In this document: piece by piece, positions 1 through 7,998 of the stretch | Layout: every line of letters begins with the position of its first letter | How positions within the stretch are numbered: the stretch's first letter is position 1 | NCBI GenBank assembly: GCA_038060895.1 | Contig: JBBTCT010000002.1 | Location: 200,298 to 264,297 of the forward strand | DNA length: 64,000 bases | DNA from: Planctomycetota bacterium | GTDB lineage: Bacteria > Planctomycetota > MHYJ01 > WSZJ01 | Direction of reading: 5' to 3' | The notes under the pieces: model-generated | The model's input: the letters and a program-made list of their open reading frames with translations, nothing else | What the model was told of the DNA's origin: nothing | Database searches by the model: none | Position numbers and translations under genes: made by a program

Positions 1-1
1 T

Positions 2-289
2 GGCGGTTGGCGCCAAGCGGTCGAAGCAAACGGCATTTCATACCGTTCGGTCTCCGAGATCGTTCCTCCAAGACGAGTGACCCAGACCGAAGTTGATGCG
101 TATATCCGGTCTCGGTCTCAGACAGGACTTCCACTGAACAGCCGCGCGGTGTGTCGGGACGACCGCCCGATTCACACAGCAGCATGCCGACGCTTTTACG
201 GCAGCTGGAGCAACGCTTTGAAGGTCAATGGCATTGACTACGACACTGTCACGCTTCGCAGGAGGAGAAACCCACGGAGCCCTGGGTGA
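2..289 (+). CDS. 3' end of a protein with homing-endonuclease-associated-like repeats (5' partial)
   Basis: Frame is open from the window edge and has two copies of a G-[GS]-W-x2-A-[VL]-x2-NGI-x-Y unit (GGWRQAVEANGISY and GSWSNALKVNGIDY), like the FGSWxxAL HNH-associated repeat. Confidence 0.55.
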   Translation, partial: GGWRQAVEANGISYRSVSEIVPPRRVTQTEVDAYIRSRSQTGLPLNSRAVCRDDRPIHTAACRRFYGSWSNALKVNGIDYDTVTLRRRRNPRSPG

Positions 290-342
290 TCGATGCCCAT
301 GGCCTCTTGATCCACCGACGCCCGCTCGATATCCTCATACAC

Positions 343-570
343 ATGAAACGTACAAATCTTGTGCTGAGCGAAGACCTGCTCAATGAGGCAACCCGCCTCT
401 CGGGAGCGAAGACGTATTCGGGCACGGTCAATATGGCGCTTCGCGATTTCGTTCAGCGCATCAAAGCGCGACGCATCCTGTCGCTGACCGGATCCGGGCT
501 CTGGGAGGGTGATCTGGCGGCCATGAGAGGGGACCGGCCGCGCCGGCGCGCGCGGGGAGCGGGCCGGTGA
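343..570 (+). CDS. vapB: Type II antitoxin, VapB family
   Basis: MKRTNLVLSEDLLNEA...WEGDLAAMR RHH-type VapB signature; 4-nt overlap with downstream PIN toxin. Confidence 0.85.
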   Translation: MKRTNLVLSEDLLNEATRLSGAKTYSGTVNMALRDFVQRIKARRILSLTGSGLWEGDLAAMRGDRPRRRARGAGR

Positions 571-956
571 TTCTCGTCGATGCCTCCGTCTGGATCGAGA
601 CCTTCCGGGCGCGCAAGCCGCTCTCGATCGAATCGGTTCTGGAGTTTGACGAGATCGTCACCTGCCTCCCCGTCGTCCAGGAAGTCCTCCAGGGCTTTCG
701 CGACGAGCGCGCATTTCGCATCGCGAGAGAATCGCTCCTGGCGCTGCCCATCGTCGAGTCGCCCATCACGGCCGGACTGGCCGAGGAGGCCGTGGGTCTC
801 TACCGGGCCGCGCGACGGCAGGGAGTGACCGTGCGCTCCTCCGTCGATTGCCTCATCGCCGCGTGCGCGTTGCGGCATCAGCTTACCGTCCTGCATCGCG
901 ATCGGGACTTCTCTCAGCTTGCGCGAGTGTCGCCTCTGCAGCAGCGGAGCCTGTAG
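567..956 (+). CDS. vapC: PIN-domain ribonuclease toxin, VapC family
   Basis: MILVDASVWI...QEVLQG...SSVDCLIAACA...LHRDRDF PIN acidic motifs. Confidence 0.9.
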   Translation: MILVDASVWIETFRARKPLSIESVLEFDEIVTCLPVVQEVLQGFRDERAFRIARESLLALPIVESPITAGLAEEAVGLYRAARRQGVTVRSSVDCLIAACALRHQLTVLHRDRDFSQLARVSPLQQRSL

Positions 957-1078
957 CGCGGGGAACTCCGCTCCCCATGCTGGCATCGCAGTACTGGCGC
1001 CGAAGGAAATTCCAGGGAAGGGGCAACTTCGAGCGAAGCGCCTGCGGTCAATATGGTTCTGGAAGGAGAAGTGGCTAA

Positions 1079-1564
1079 TCAGACTTCTCCGGCAAGGCGA
1101 ATCGCTTCATCGAGCAAGGCGTCGTCAATGAAGAACCCGTTGGTCTTCAGTTCGAGAAGGCGGTCTTTGACCGAGGGGACGAGCCCGCGCTTCTTGGCAA
1201 GCAACAACACGCCGACAGTACCCCGGACCGGAAGCCCGAAACTCCTGGCGCAGCGCCGCGCGGGGGCATCGTCGAGAATGACCTCGGCCACCGGCGTTAC
1301 CAGCGCCAGGGCGATGACGGACGACTCTCCGGCACCCAGGCCCCACGCGTGTATCGCGGGCGCAATCTCGGGTTCCGACGCGCGGTCGCCCCACTTGGCC
1401 TCGATGAGCCGGCGCGCCGGATCCGAGGCGTTCCCGGCCAGAATCTCGCGGACAACCGCCTCCGGGACGATCACCCTGCCGCTCAACTTCGCCAGGAGGT
1501 CCTGCAATCCGATCGCGGCAAGCGCAATCAACGGCGATGCGTTGACGATCCGCACGTCAGCCAC
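1079..1564 (-). CDS. DUF3368 PIN-like nucleic-acid-binding protein (putative toxin)
   Basis: VNASPLIAL, LGAGESSVIALA, VILDDAPARRCA, GTVGVLLLAK motifs typical of DUF3368. Confidence 0.85.
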   Translation of the reverse strand: MADVRIVNASPLIALAAIGLQDLLAKLSGRVIVPEAVVREILAGNASDPARRLIEAKWGDRASEPEIAPAIHAWGLGAGESSVIALALVTPVAEVILDDAPARRCARSFGLPVRGTVGVLLLAKKRGLVPSVKDRLLELKTNGFFIDDALLDEAIRLAGEV

Positions 1565-1808
1565 GTGACGCTTCTTCCCTCAACTCCGCGGGATCAGTCT
1601 GGAACGGCGACACGCCGAAGCGACCCAGCGCCTTCATGAAATCGGCGCGGCTCAGTCCCGCGACTTCCGCGGCGCGCTCCTGCGACATCTGGCGCATTTC
1701 GTACCACTTGACGGCCGCGGCCAGCCGCAGTTCGCGACCAAAGCCGCCCGGATCCTGCCGCACGGAAGGCAGGAGGCTCTCGTCGAAATCGAGGGTCACG
1801 CGCGTCAT
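1557..1808 (-). CDS. UPF0175 family protein (putative antitoxin)
   Basis: ELRLAAAVKWYE...SQERAAEVAGLSRADF HTH; overlaps the DUF3368 start, the usual pairing. Confidence 0.85.
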   Translation of the reverse strand: MTRVTLDFDESLLPSVRQDPGGFGRELRLAAAVKWYEMRQMSQERAAEVAGLSRADFMKALGRFGVSPFQTDPAELREEASRG

Positions 1809-1989
1809 GAGTGCATTCTAGCATTCTCCACCTTCACTTCCGTCCACCAGCGGATCGCAGTCCAATCGGCCTCGGAGTCTCGCTTTCTGCAGGTGCGCGG
1901 AAGAGTTGAACGGCCCTGCCGAAGCGAACCCCGGGAGCGGGTTTCGTGCGTGGTGCCAGCCGGCCCTTCGCGGCAAGTTGCGCGCGCCA

Positions 1990-2358
1990 TTACCAAAGGT
2001 AAACTGATCGTACTGAGGGATGGGCGCGCAGGCTCTCCAAGATTGGAATGCAAGCAGTGTCATAGCCGCCAACGAGTCGCATGGAATGGTCAAAGTCAAA
2101 CCAACCACTCCACCAGGTCGTCTGCCACTCGATATTGGATTCCTTCACGGGCATGGCCTCCAGGATGAGGTCACGGATCTGTCCAACCGTCATTTCCAAT
2201 TCAAGATTGGCGGGATTCTCACAGAATTCCTGTCTCAAGATGATCTCAGATTCATGAAGTGCATGAACTAGCAGGTACCACTCACTGGATTCCTGCTTCC
2301 ACCCAGCCGATACGGCTTTGATGATGTCCCGGGCGACGCGGTCAGGACTCACGCTCAT
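1990..2358 (-). CDS. Hypothetical protein (low-GC orphan)
   Basis: 122-aa ORF with GAGGT SD upstream; GC clearly lower than flanks; no family recognised. Confidence 0.5.
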   Translation of the reverse strand: MSVSPDRVARDIIKAVSAGWKQESSEWYLLVHALHESEIILRQEFCENPANLELEMTVGQIRDLILEAMPVKESNIEWQTTWWSGWFDFDHSMRLVGGYDTACIPILESLRAHPSVRSVYLW

Positions 2359-2388
2359 GGCGGCACCTCGACATTGTCACGCAAGTTC

Positions 2389-3231
2389 TCACCGGTCTAG
2401 ACGCGGTGGTTCCTTCACAATTCGAACATTCTTCGGGTGCGAGTAGATGTTGAATTGCTGGGCGGAAGCGAAGCCGACCAGGGTGATCCCGGCGCGTTCG
2501 GCGAGGTCCACCGCGAGCGACGACGGCGCACCGACGGCGACAAGGGCGGGAAAGCGTGCGGCGGCTGCTTTCTGGACGATTTCGAAGGAAGCGCGGCCGC
2601 TGACGGCGAGAAGAACCGGGGCATTCAGCGAGCGCGAATCGAGCAGGAGCCCGACGACCTTGTCGACGGCGTTGTGGCGCCCGACATCCTCCGCGGCGGC
2701 GAGGAGTTTCCCGGAAGCGTCGAGGGCGGCGGCGGCGTGGAGGCCGCCGGTTTTACCGAAGGAGGGCTGGGCGGCGCGGAGAAGGGAGGGGGCGCGTGCG
2801 ATGAGCGCGGCGGGGATCGGCGCGGCGTCGCGGGCGCGGCCGACGCGGTCGATGAGGTCCTGGACGGAGAAGCGGCCGCAGACGCCGCAGGCGGAAGTGG
2901 TGAGAGTGCCGCGGCGGGTGGCGGCGGGGTGGGCGTGGCCGGCGCGGAGGCGGATGCGCGCGACGTTGCCGCGAGGTTCGATGACAACCGTCGCATCTGC
3001 TGCGGAGCCGATCAGCCCCTCCGCGAACAGGAACCCCATCACCATCTCGCGCTCGAGCCCCGGCGTGCGCATCGTGACGGCGAGCGGGCGGCCGCCGACG
3101 CGGATCTCGAGCGGCTCCTCGACGGCGACGGCGTCGAGCTCGGGTTTCGGCGCAGCGCGGCCGACGCGGACGCGCCGGACCGCGCGGGCCGTGACGGGCT
3201 CGCGGTCCGGCGGGAGGGCTTTTTTAGCCAA
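2389..3231 (-). CDS. fdhD: Formate dehydrogenase accessory sulfurtransferase
   Basis: VAVEEPLEI, TMRTPG, SACGVCG, TGGLHAAA, EDVGRHNAVDK, SGRASFE motifs; TTG start overlapping the hcrB stop with a GGGAG SD. Confidence 0.92.
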   Translation of the reverse strand: MAKKALPPDREPVTARAVRRVRVGRAAPKPELDAVAVEEPLEIRVGGRPLAVTMRTPGLEREMVMGFLFAEGLIGSAADATVVIEPRGNVARIRLRAGHAHPAATRRGTLTTSACGVCGRFSVQDLIDRVGRARDAAPIPAALIARAPSLLRAAQPSFGKTGGLHAAAALDASGKLLAAAEDVGRHNAVDKVVGLLLDSRSLNAPVLLAVSGRASFEIVQKAAAARFPALVAVGAPSSLAVDLAERAGITLVGFASAQQFNIYSHPKNVRIVKEPPRLDR

Positions 3232-4300
3232 GACAGCTGGCTCCCTGCATGACGCGCTGCGCCAGGACGCCGAGCGTAGCCTTGTCGTCGCCGCGGATTT
3301 CCTTGAGGGCGCCGGTGAGGAACGCGCGGGCGGTCTTGCGGCGCCAGGCGGCGGCGAAGTCGGTGTTGTCGAGCGGGCGGGCGTGGGCGGAGGCTTTTTC
3401 GGCGAACTCCTCGATGGCATCATCGGAGAGTTTTTTCCCGAGAAGCAAGGCGGTCTCCTGCACCTCGAGCGGCCGCGACGTCACCGCGCCGAGCACGACG
3501 CGCGCGTCCTCCACTTCTCCCGATTTCGCAAATCTCACCGAGGCCGCGACCGACAGCACCGGGAAGTCGAACGATCCGCGGCGGCGGAGTTTCCAGTACG
3601 TCGACTTCGCGCCCTTCGGAGCCGGCACGCGAATGCCGGTGACGATCTCGTCCGGCGCGCGCTTGAGGTAGTCCATGCCGTCGTCGTGGTAGAGCGCGGT
3701 GATCGGGATCTCGCGCTTGCCGCGTTTCTTCGAGACCAGCGTGACCGTCGCGCCCAGCGCCATGAGCATCGGGCCGCTGTCCGTGGACGACACGGCCCAG
3801 CAGCGGTCGCTTCCCGGCGCGACCCAGCAGGTCCCGTGCTTGCCTTCAGTGATCGCCGTGCCGTTCGGGCCGGGCGCCTTCATGCAGAAGCTGATCGACT
3901 GCCGCCACTCGTGGTTCTGGTTGTAGTAGTTGCAGCGCGTGTCGACGCAGAGGTTGCCGCCGAGCGTCGCGGTGGCGCGGATGAGCGGGGAAGCGATGCT
4001 GCCGATCGCGCGCGCGAGACCCGGCCAGTTCGCGATGGCTGGGTCGAGAGCGAGGTCTGCGAGCGTGGAGCACGGCCCGATCGTCGCCGCGCCGTCGCTG
4101 CCGATCGACACGCCTCGGAGGTCGTTCGCCTTGCGGAGCGACACCAGCACGTCCGGCATGAACTGCCGGCGCTTCAGGTTCGGCACCACGTCCGTCCCGC
4201 CCGCGAGCACCATGGCCTTCGGCCCGACGTCGGCGAGCACCGAGGCCGCATCCGCAGCCGACGTCGCAGCGTGGTACCTGAACGACGGGCATCGCATCAT
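3224..4300 (-). CDS. hcrB: FAD-binding subunit of a xanthine-dehydrogenase-family enzyme with [4Fe-4S] insert (4-hydroxybenzoyl-CoA reductase beta-like)
   Basis: LAGGTD and ATLGGNLC motifs plus Cys-rich insert DTRCNYYNQ...WRQ...FCMK...CWV...DRCWA characteristic of HcrB. Confidence 0.75.
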   Translation of the reverse strand: MMRCPSFRYHAATSAADAASVLADVGPKAMVLAGGTDVVPNLKRRQFMPDVLVSLRKANDLRGVSIGSDGAATIGPCSTLADLALDPAIANWPGLARAIGSIASPLIRATATLGGNLCVDTRCNYYNQNHEWRQSISFCMKAPGPNGTAITEGKHGTCWVAPGSDRCWAVSSTDSGPMLMALGATVTLVSKKRGKREIPITALYHDDGMDYLKRAPDEIVTGIRVPAPKGAKSTYWKLRRRGSFDFPVLSVAASVRFAKSGEVEDARVVLGAVTSRPLEVQETALLLGKKLSDDAIEEFAEKASAHARPLDNTDFAAAWRRKTARAFLTGALKEIRGDDKATLGVLAQRVMQGASCLG

Positions 4301-6795
4301 GACTTCACCCCTTCGACCTTCGCGCCGGGGGAGTCGGGGGCAAGGCGGAAACCGGACGCCAGCAGCTTGGACTTGCGCGGCTTCTCATTGGAAGCGGTGC
4401 CGTCGCCGCCCTCGGCCGGGGTCTTGACTTTCGACGCCTCAGGCCACTCGATCACCGGGAACGACTTCGGGCCGAAGCGCGCTTCGCGTCCGTGGTCCTT
4501 TTCCCAGACGGCCTTTGCGATTTTCTCGGGCGTGACCGGCGACTCGTCAACGCGGACGCCGATGGCGTCGTAGACGGCGTTGGCGACGCACGGCGGCATC
4601 GGGAGAAGCGGCCCCTGGCCGACTTCCTTTGCGCCGAAGGGACCGTTGGGATCGGGGTCCTCGATGAAGACGGTGTCGACCTCGGGCATCTCGAGCGTCG
4701 TCGGGGACTTGTATTCGAGCATCGACGGGTACTTGTGCACGAGCGCGCCGGAGAGGTTTGCGGGGAGGCGGCGGAAAGTCGACTCCTCCATGAGCGCTTC
4801 GCCGAGCCCCATGTAGACGCTGCCCTCGACCTGGCCGCGCGCGAGGATGGGGTTCATGACCTGGCCGATGTCGTGCGCGATCCACACTTTCTTCACGTCG
4901 AGGAAGCATGTGGCCTCGTCGACTTCGACCTCGACGACCGCGGCCGTGAACGAGTACGCGGGGCTTGGCCCGACGCCGCCGCCTTTGAACTTCGCGGGGG
5001 ACGGGGGCGGCTTGTACGAGCCGGACGTGCCGAGAGTGCCGTGCATGGCTTCGCCGAGGATCACCGCGTCCTGGAACGAGACGCCCTTCGCGGGATCGGA
5101 CGCATCGAAGACACGCGCGCCGGCGAAGACGATCCGGTCCAGCGGGATCTCGAGTTTCTTTGAGACGGCCGTGCCGATGAGCGCCTTCGCGCGCTCCGCC
5201 GCCTGGATCGCCGCGTGGCCCATCATCAAGGTCACGCGCGAGGAGTACGACCCGAGGTCCACCGGCGTGATCCCCGTGTCGCCCGTCACGAGCCGCACGT
5301 CGCGCGTCGTCAGCCCGAGCACTTCCGCCACTGTCGCCGCGAGCACGTCGTCGGATCCCTGCCCGCAGTCCGTCGCGCCGCAGAACGCGACCACCGCGCC
5401 CGAACGGTCGAATTGCAGTTGCACGCCCGTCTGAGGCAGATCGTTCCAGTAGATCGGCAGACCCGCCCCCGTGAGATACGTCGAGCACGCGAGCCCCACA
5501 CCGCGCCCCTTCGGCAGCTTGCCCCACTTCTCATGGAACCCGGACCGCTTCACGACTTCCTCGATGCACCGCCGCAGCCCGCTCGTGCTGATCTTCATCC
5601 AGTTCGCCGTGATCGAGTTCGCCGGCGCCAGCTGCTTCAGACGCAGCTCCGCCGGGTCCATCCCCAGCGCCACCGCGATCTTGTCCATCTGGACTTCCTG
5701 GCCGAAGCGCGGTTGCACCGTCCCGTGGCCGCGCTTCGGTCCCGACGGCGGCTTGTTCGAGAACGTGCGGCAGCCGCGGAAGCGATAGGTCGGGAGCGCG
5801 TAGGTGACGGGCTGAAGCGCGCCGGTATAGAAGGTAGAAGCGACGCCGTACGAGCCGTACGCGCCGCCGTCGAGCAGCGTCTGCAGGTCCATGCCCGTGA
5901 TCATTCCGTCCTTGTTCACGCCCGTTCGGAACTTCATCTGCACCGGGTGGCGCCCACGGTGGCAGTAGAAGACCTCCTCGCGCGTAAGGCAGATCTTCAC
6001 GGGCCGCCCCGTCAGCATCGCGGCCTTCGCGACGACGATTTCGTGGTTGAAGGGGTCCGTCTTGCCGCCGAAGCCGCCGCCGTTGGGCGTCGCGACGACG
6101 CGGATGAGATGCGGCGCGATGGCGAGCGCCTTGGCCAGTGCGCGGTGGACGTAATGCGGTGTCTGCGTGGACGACCAGAGGCAGAGCTTTCCTTCCGTGT
6201 CCATGAGCGCGACGGCCGCGTGCTGCTCGAGTGGGAGGTGAGTGTTCCCCTGGAAGAAGAAATGGTCCTCGAAGATCCGGTCGGCGCCGTCAATTGCCGC
6301 GTCGACGTTCCCGAACTCCAGCGCGACCGCCTTGTGGACGTTCCCGTGGTCGCCGTAGTCGTGGATGCGCGGCTCGGGGTTTTTCAGCGCGTCGAGCGAA
6401 TCCGAGATCGTCTTGAGCGGCTCGTAGTCGACCCTGACCAGGAGCGCCGCTTCGATCGCAATTTCTTCGGAGGTCGCCACGACTGCTGCGACCGGGTCGC
6501 CCACCATCCGCACCTTTTCGCGGCAGAGCGGGAACTCGTCCTGCGACACAGGGAGAATCCCGTACGAAACCGGGAAATCCGCGCCGGTCAGGACGGCCTT
6601 CACGCCTTCCATCGCGAGCGCCTTCGAAGCGTCGATCCCCTTGATCACCGCGTGCGGCTGCGTCGAGCGCAGCAGCCTGCAGTGCAGCATCCGCGTGAAG
6701 ACGAGATCGTCCGCGAATTTCGTCTGCCCGAGGACCTTCGCCTGCCCGTCAACGCGGCGCCGCGCCTGGCCGATGACCTTTAGGGGCGTTTTCAT
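4297..6795 (-). CDS. hcrA: Molybdopterin-binding subunit, xanthine dehydrogenase family (4-hydroxybenzoyl-CoA reductase alpha-like)
   Basis: GGGFGGK, RGHG, GQG, DLGSYSSR, GQVEGS, GPFGAKE motifs; start MKTPLKVIG overlaps the hcrC stop. Confidence 0.72.
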   Translation of the reverse strand: MKTPLKVIGQARRRVDGQAKVLGQTKFADDLVFTRMLHCRLLRSTQPHAVIKGIDASKALAMEGVKAVLTGADFPVSYGILPVSQDEFPLCREKVRMVGDPVAAVVATSEEIAIEAALLVRVDYEPLKTISDSLDALKNPEPRIHDYGDHGNVHKAVALEFGNVDAAIDGADRIFEDHFFFQGNTHLPLEQHAAVALMDTEGKLCLWSSTQTPHYVHRALAKALAIAPHLIRVVATPNGGGFGGKTDPFNHEIVVAKAAMLTGRPVKICLTREEVFYCHRGRHPVQMKFRTGVNKDGMITGMDLQTLLDGGAYGSYGVASTFYTGALQPVTYALPTYRFRGCRTFSNKPPSGPKRGHGTVQPRFGQEVQMDKIAVALGMDPAELRLKQLAPANSITANWMKISTSGLRRCIEEVVKRSGFHEKWGKLPKGRGVGLACSTYLTGAGLPIYWNDLPQTGVQLQFDRSGAVVAFCGATDCGQGSDDVLAATVAEVLGLTTRDVRLVTGDTGITPVDLGSYSSRVTLMMGHAAIQAAERAKALIGTAVSKKLEIPLDRIVFAGARVFDASDPAKGVSFQDAVILGEAMHGTLGTSGSYKPPPSPAKFKGGGVGPSPAYSFTAAVVEVEVDEATCFLDVKKVWIAHDIGQVMNPILARGQVEGSVYMGLGEALMEESTFRRLPANLSGALVHKYPSMLEYKSPTTLEMPEVDTVFIEDPDPNGPFGAKEVGQGPLLPMPPCVANAVYDAIGVRVDESPVTPEKIAKAVWEKDHGREARFGPKSFPVIEWPEASKVKTPAEGGDGTASNEKPRKSKLLASGFRLAPDSPGAKVEGVKS

Positions 6796-7283
6796 TTCTT
6801 CGCTCCCGCTTCCATCTTTGCCGCGGCCTGCTCCACCGCTTCGAAGATCTGAATGTACCCCGTGCAGCGGCAGATGTTCCCGGCAAGCCCTTCGGCGATT
6901 TCCCGCCGCGTGGCGTGGGGTTTCTTGTCGAGAAGCGCCTTGGCCGTGCAGAGAAATCCCGGCGTGCAGTACCCGCACTGCGCTGCCCCGCAGTCGGCGA
7001 AGGCCTCCTGGAGAGGGTGAAGGCGCGCGTCGTTCGCGAGGCCCTCGACGGTGGTGACCTTCGTCCCATCCGCCTCGACCGCGAGCATCAGGCAGGAGAG
7101 GACAGGCTTGCCGTCCACGAGGACGGCGCACGCCCCGCACTCGCCGAGCTCGCAGCCGTGTTTGGTGCCGGTGAGGTTCAGTTCTTCGCGGAGGACCTCG
7201 AGAAGCGTCTTGAAGCCGGGGAAAGTGACCGAGGTCTTGTCGCCGTTCAGCGTGATGTCGATGCGCTGCTCGCCATTCTTCAT
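6792..7283 (-). CDS. hcrC: (2Fe-2S)-binding subunit (CoxS/HcrC-like)
   Basis: GTKHGCELGECGACAV, SCL, QCGYCTPG, GNICRCTGY. Confidence 0.8.
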   Translation of the reverse strand: MKNGEQRIDITLNGDKTSVTFPGFKTLLEVLREELNLTGTKHGCELGECGACAVLVDGKPVLSCLMLAVEADGTKVTTVEGLANDARLHPLQEAFADCGAAQCGYCTPGFLCTAKALLDKKPHATRREIAEGLAGNICRCTGYIQIFEAVEQAAAKMEAGAKK

Positions 7284-7325
7284 GACGGACACGATCCGCG
7301 ATTCGCGGGGAGCATTCAAGCGAAA

Positions 7326-7343
7326 TTTGAACGGGTGTTCAAA
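7326..7343. promoter_or_regulatory. Perfect palindrome TTTGAAC-N4-GTTCAAA, putative operator of the hcr operon
   Basis: Two 7-bp AT-rich inverted arms about 45 nt upstream of the hcrC start, in a GC-rich background. Confidence 0.55.
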
Positions 7344-7453
7344 ACAGGAACACTCGTCAGGTCGTCCCCTCTTCGAATGCGCTCACGGGGAGTGTCTATC
7401 CGCGGGCCGGCTGTCCTTGATCGTGGCCTGTGAGGGAGTCTAGAGTGCGACGC

Positions 7454-7903
7454 GTGAAGATCGTCCGCAGCGTCGTGCTCGCTTGCCTCCTGGGCGCGGT
7501 CGCCGTAGGTTGCAGATCTTCCTCGGAGGAATCGGCTCCCCAGGAGACTCACGAGCCGGACCCGAAGCCTGTAGCCCGGGACGAAGCCGCGGGTCTTGCC
7601 GAAGCACAGCGCTGGCTCGCGGGTGAAATCGATTTGAAGGAGCTGGAGGTCGTCTTCGACCAGCCGGCCCTGGATGAGCCGGGGCGCTACCTTGAAGGCC
7701 CACCGCAAACTCTGCCGAAGCAGGATTCGGCTGTGCCGCGAAAGCAGGGGAACTCCGATGAAATTCACCGATCTGAAGCGAAAGATCCTGGTCGGACTGG
7801 CGCAACTGCGCTGCGGAGAGGGTGTGGACGGAGAAGCGTTCTTTCGACGCCTTCTGGCGCGGCGACGAGCGATGCCCTCGCGACGCTGTTCAGGGAAGCT
7901 TGA
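7454..7903 (+). CDS. Putative lipoprotein, possibly degenerate at the C-terminus
   Basis: Signal peptide ending AVGC; TAGAGT -10-like hexamer 7 nt before GTG; C-terminal part overlaps an antitoxin-like fragment. Confidence 0.4.
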   Translation: MKIVRSVVLACLLGAVAVGCRSSSEESAPQETHEPDPKPVARDEAAGLAEAQRWLAGEIDLKELEVVFDQPALDEPGRYLEGPPQTLPKQDSAVPRKQGNSDEIHRSEAKDPGRTGATALRRGCGRRSVLSTPSGAATSDALATLFREA

Positions 7904-7922
7904 TAAGCGAGAGCGTTATTAA
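7758..7922 (+). pseudogene. Fragment resembling the C-terminal half of a ParD-like antitoxin
   Basis: DLKRKILVGLAQLRCGEGVDGEAFF resembles the GLxQLxxGEGVDGExxF tail of ParD/CC2985-type antitoxins; no RHH N-terminus and no toxin partner. Confidence 0.35.
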
Positions 7923-7998
7923 TCGTTCAGGCCTCTTCATTTAATAAGGACTCGCGCACCCAACCCCCCGCGGCGCGTCCTATAATCGACACACACCC

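Noticed and set aside
7326-7343. LexA SOS box (GAAC-N4-GTTC)
   Set aside because: The core matches, but the flanks differ from CGAAC/GTTCG and the downstream genes are metabolic; kept only as a generic operator
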